Shown: one piece after another, positions 62,493 through 64,000 of the stretch
How positions within the stretch are numbered: the stretch's first letter is position 1
How the letters are laid out: every line of letters begins with the position of its first letter
The notes under the pieces: generated by a model
Told to the model about the DNA's origin: nothing
What the model saw: the letters and a program-made list of their open reading frames with translations, nothing else
Database searches by the model: none
From: Octopus sinensis
Taxonomy: Eukaryota
Reading direction: 5' to 3'
DNA length: 64,000 nucleotides
NCBI RefSeq assembly: GCF_006345805.1
Contig: NC_043006.1
Coordinates: 16,802,001-16,866,000, forward strand
Position numbers and translations under genes: made by a program

Positions 62493-62833
62493 TTTTTTTT
62501 TGACCTCGGTCAGACACTGACTATGGGTTTGCACCTAGAGAGTTACCCTCTGAGGCACAAGTCTGGGCAAGGTTGTTTTATGGAAGACCAGCAGTCGCCC
62601 ATGCATACCGGTCTCCCCTCTCCACGTCACTGATGTTGTCCAAGGGAAAGGCAAGGGCCGATACAGCTTGGCACCTGTGACGTCGCAACTCATTTCTACA
62701 GCTGAGTGAACTGGAGCAACGTGAAATAAAGTGTCTTGCTCAAGAACATAACACGCAGCCCGGTTCGGGATTTGAGCTCACAACCTCACGATCATAAGCT
62801 CGACACTAACCACTGAGCCACGCGCCTTCACAT
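62493..62833 (-). mobile_element. CORE-type tRNA SINE with TSD
   Basis: Minus head gaaggcgcgtggctcagtggttag..gagctcaaatccc; core ttcttgagcaagacactttatttcacgttgctccagttcactcagctgtagaaatgagt; TSD atgcaacattt at 62482-62492 and 62836-62846. Confidence 0.88.
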
Positions 62834-62895
62834 AAATGCAACATTTATGAAGGATTGTTTCAACCACACATTGTTTAAAGACAATAAAGACCAAC

Positions 62896-62956
62896 CTTTC
62901 CTCTCTTTTCATTGAGGTCTTCAAAGCTAAAGATGTCAACATCTTGAATTTCACAT
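62896..62956 (-). CDS. UBE2O: UBE2O most 5' exon found in the window (R|CEIQDVDIFSFEDLNEKRGK), 61 nt, phase 2-0
   Basis: gtcttttag acceptor and AAG|gttggt donor; phase 0 end fits the next exon; weaker sequence resemblance than the other exons. Confidence 0.75.
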
Positions 62957-64000
62957 CTAAAAGACAACACATTTTCTTTTTAAAACAGTCACAGGCAGAT
63001 GAAATAATATTATAAAGTGGAACAAACATTGAAATAGGTTACAATTATATTAAAATTAGATTAGAAATAATAACTCAGGAGTTCAACAAAATTAACAACA
63101 TGTATAACTAACTATTGATACTAACATTGTGATCAGTAACCATGGGAAATGTGGAGCCAGGAAAAACAAAGATGCTGGCAGTGACCTTGGAAAATGGAAT
63201 CATGCCAAATGTCAATTTTACAGCTGTTCGGAATAATTCAACTTTATGACCTTTATTACTTCACCAAGTAGAGAAAAACAGGCAGTTAATATTAATGACA
63301 AGGAAACTACAATTGATAGGATCAAAGTAACTGGTTTCTTGAAGCAATAATAAAAATTTAAACATTAAAAGTAACTGAAATTAGATATTCAGGTCTCCCC
63401 AGCATACTGTGCTAACAGAACTAACATTTACCATGCTAGTACCGTACATGACAGTTTCCACATTTATTGGACAAACCCAAACAAACGATTAAACACACAA
63501 ACAGAAGCTGAGATGTAGGTAAACAGATGCTTGGTAATGACTGACAATTGTCGTACAACAGAGCATTATTCTCCTCTATTAGTGCAGGCATGGCTGTGTG
63601 GTTCAAAAGTTTGTTTCACAACCACATGGTTCTAGGTTCAGTTCTATTGGACAGCAAGTCTCTTCTACCCAAAAACCAGGGCCAGCTAATGCATTGTGAG
63701 AAGATTTGGTAGGTGGAATCTCTGAAGACGGTAGCCATCTGCTTTTGTGTTTAGATGCAAGTGTGGCTGTGTGGTTAAGAGGTTTACTTCCCAACCATAT
63801 GGTTTCAGGTTCAGTCTCATTGCATATCACTTTGGGCAAGTGTCTTCTACTATAGACCCAGGCCAACCAAAGGCTTAAGAGTCGATTTGGTCCATGGAAA
63901 CTGAAAGGAGCCTGTCATGTATGTTTGTGTTCCCTTGTCATGATATCATGTGATACTTGTAAATGAGTGTCACTGTCATACAAGCAAGATTGTTCACTTC

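Noticed and set aside
63000-64000. Further upstream UBE2O exon ending in phase 2
   Set aside because: No segment with convincing splice sites and similarity was found; the 5' exons probably lie outside the window.

Overview
AT-rich animal genomic DNA, most likely an octopus/coleoid cephalopod. That assignment is an inference from the SINE/LINE families and the long (TA)n tracts. The right 60% of the window holds a 5'-incomplete minus-strand gene for the E2/E3 hybrid ubiquitin-conjugating enzyme UBE2O. I assembled 17 GT-AG exons (62956 down to the stop at 25904) whose phases chain without a break (3535 nt, about 1177 aa) and which include the UBC domain with its catalytic Cys ([11 protein letters not shown]). 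A possible first coding exon of a second minus-strand gene lies at 14247-14367. Almost everything else is transposon-derived: CR1-like, RTE-like and Tx1/L1-like LINE fragments, at least four tRNA-headed SINE types, mariner and maT (DD37D) relics, piggyBac-like and Merlin-like MITEs, a non-autonomous Helitron, and micro/minisatellites. The most notable non-gene signals are: (1) hammerhead-ribozyme motifs in intronic repeats, where two inverted copies each carry different disabling mutations and flank an in-frame 63-nt exon; (2) a 258-bp near-perfect palindrome; (3) a PHD finger inserted inside an RTE reverse transcriptase; (4) SINEs whose 3' tails match two different LINEs present in the same window. 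All coordinates were read by eye and repeat boundaries are approximate.
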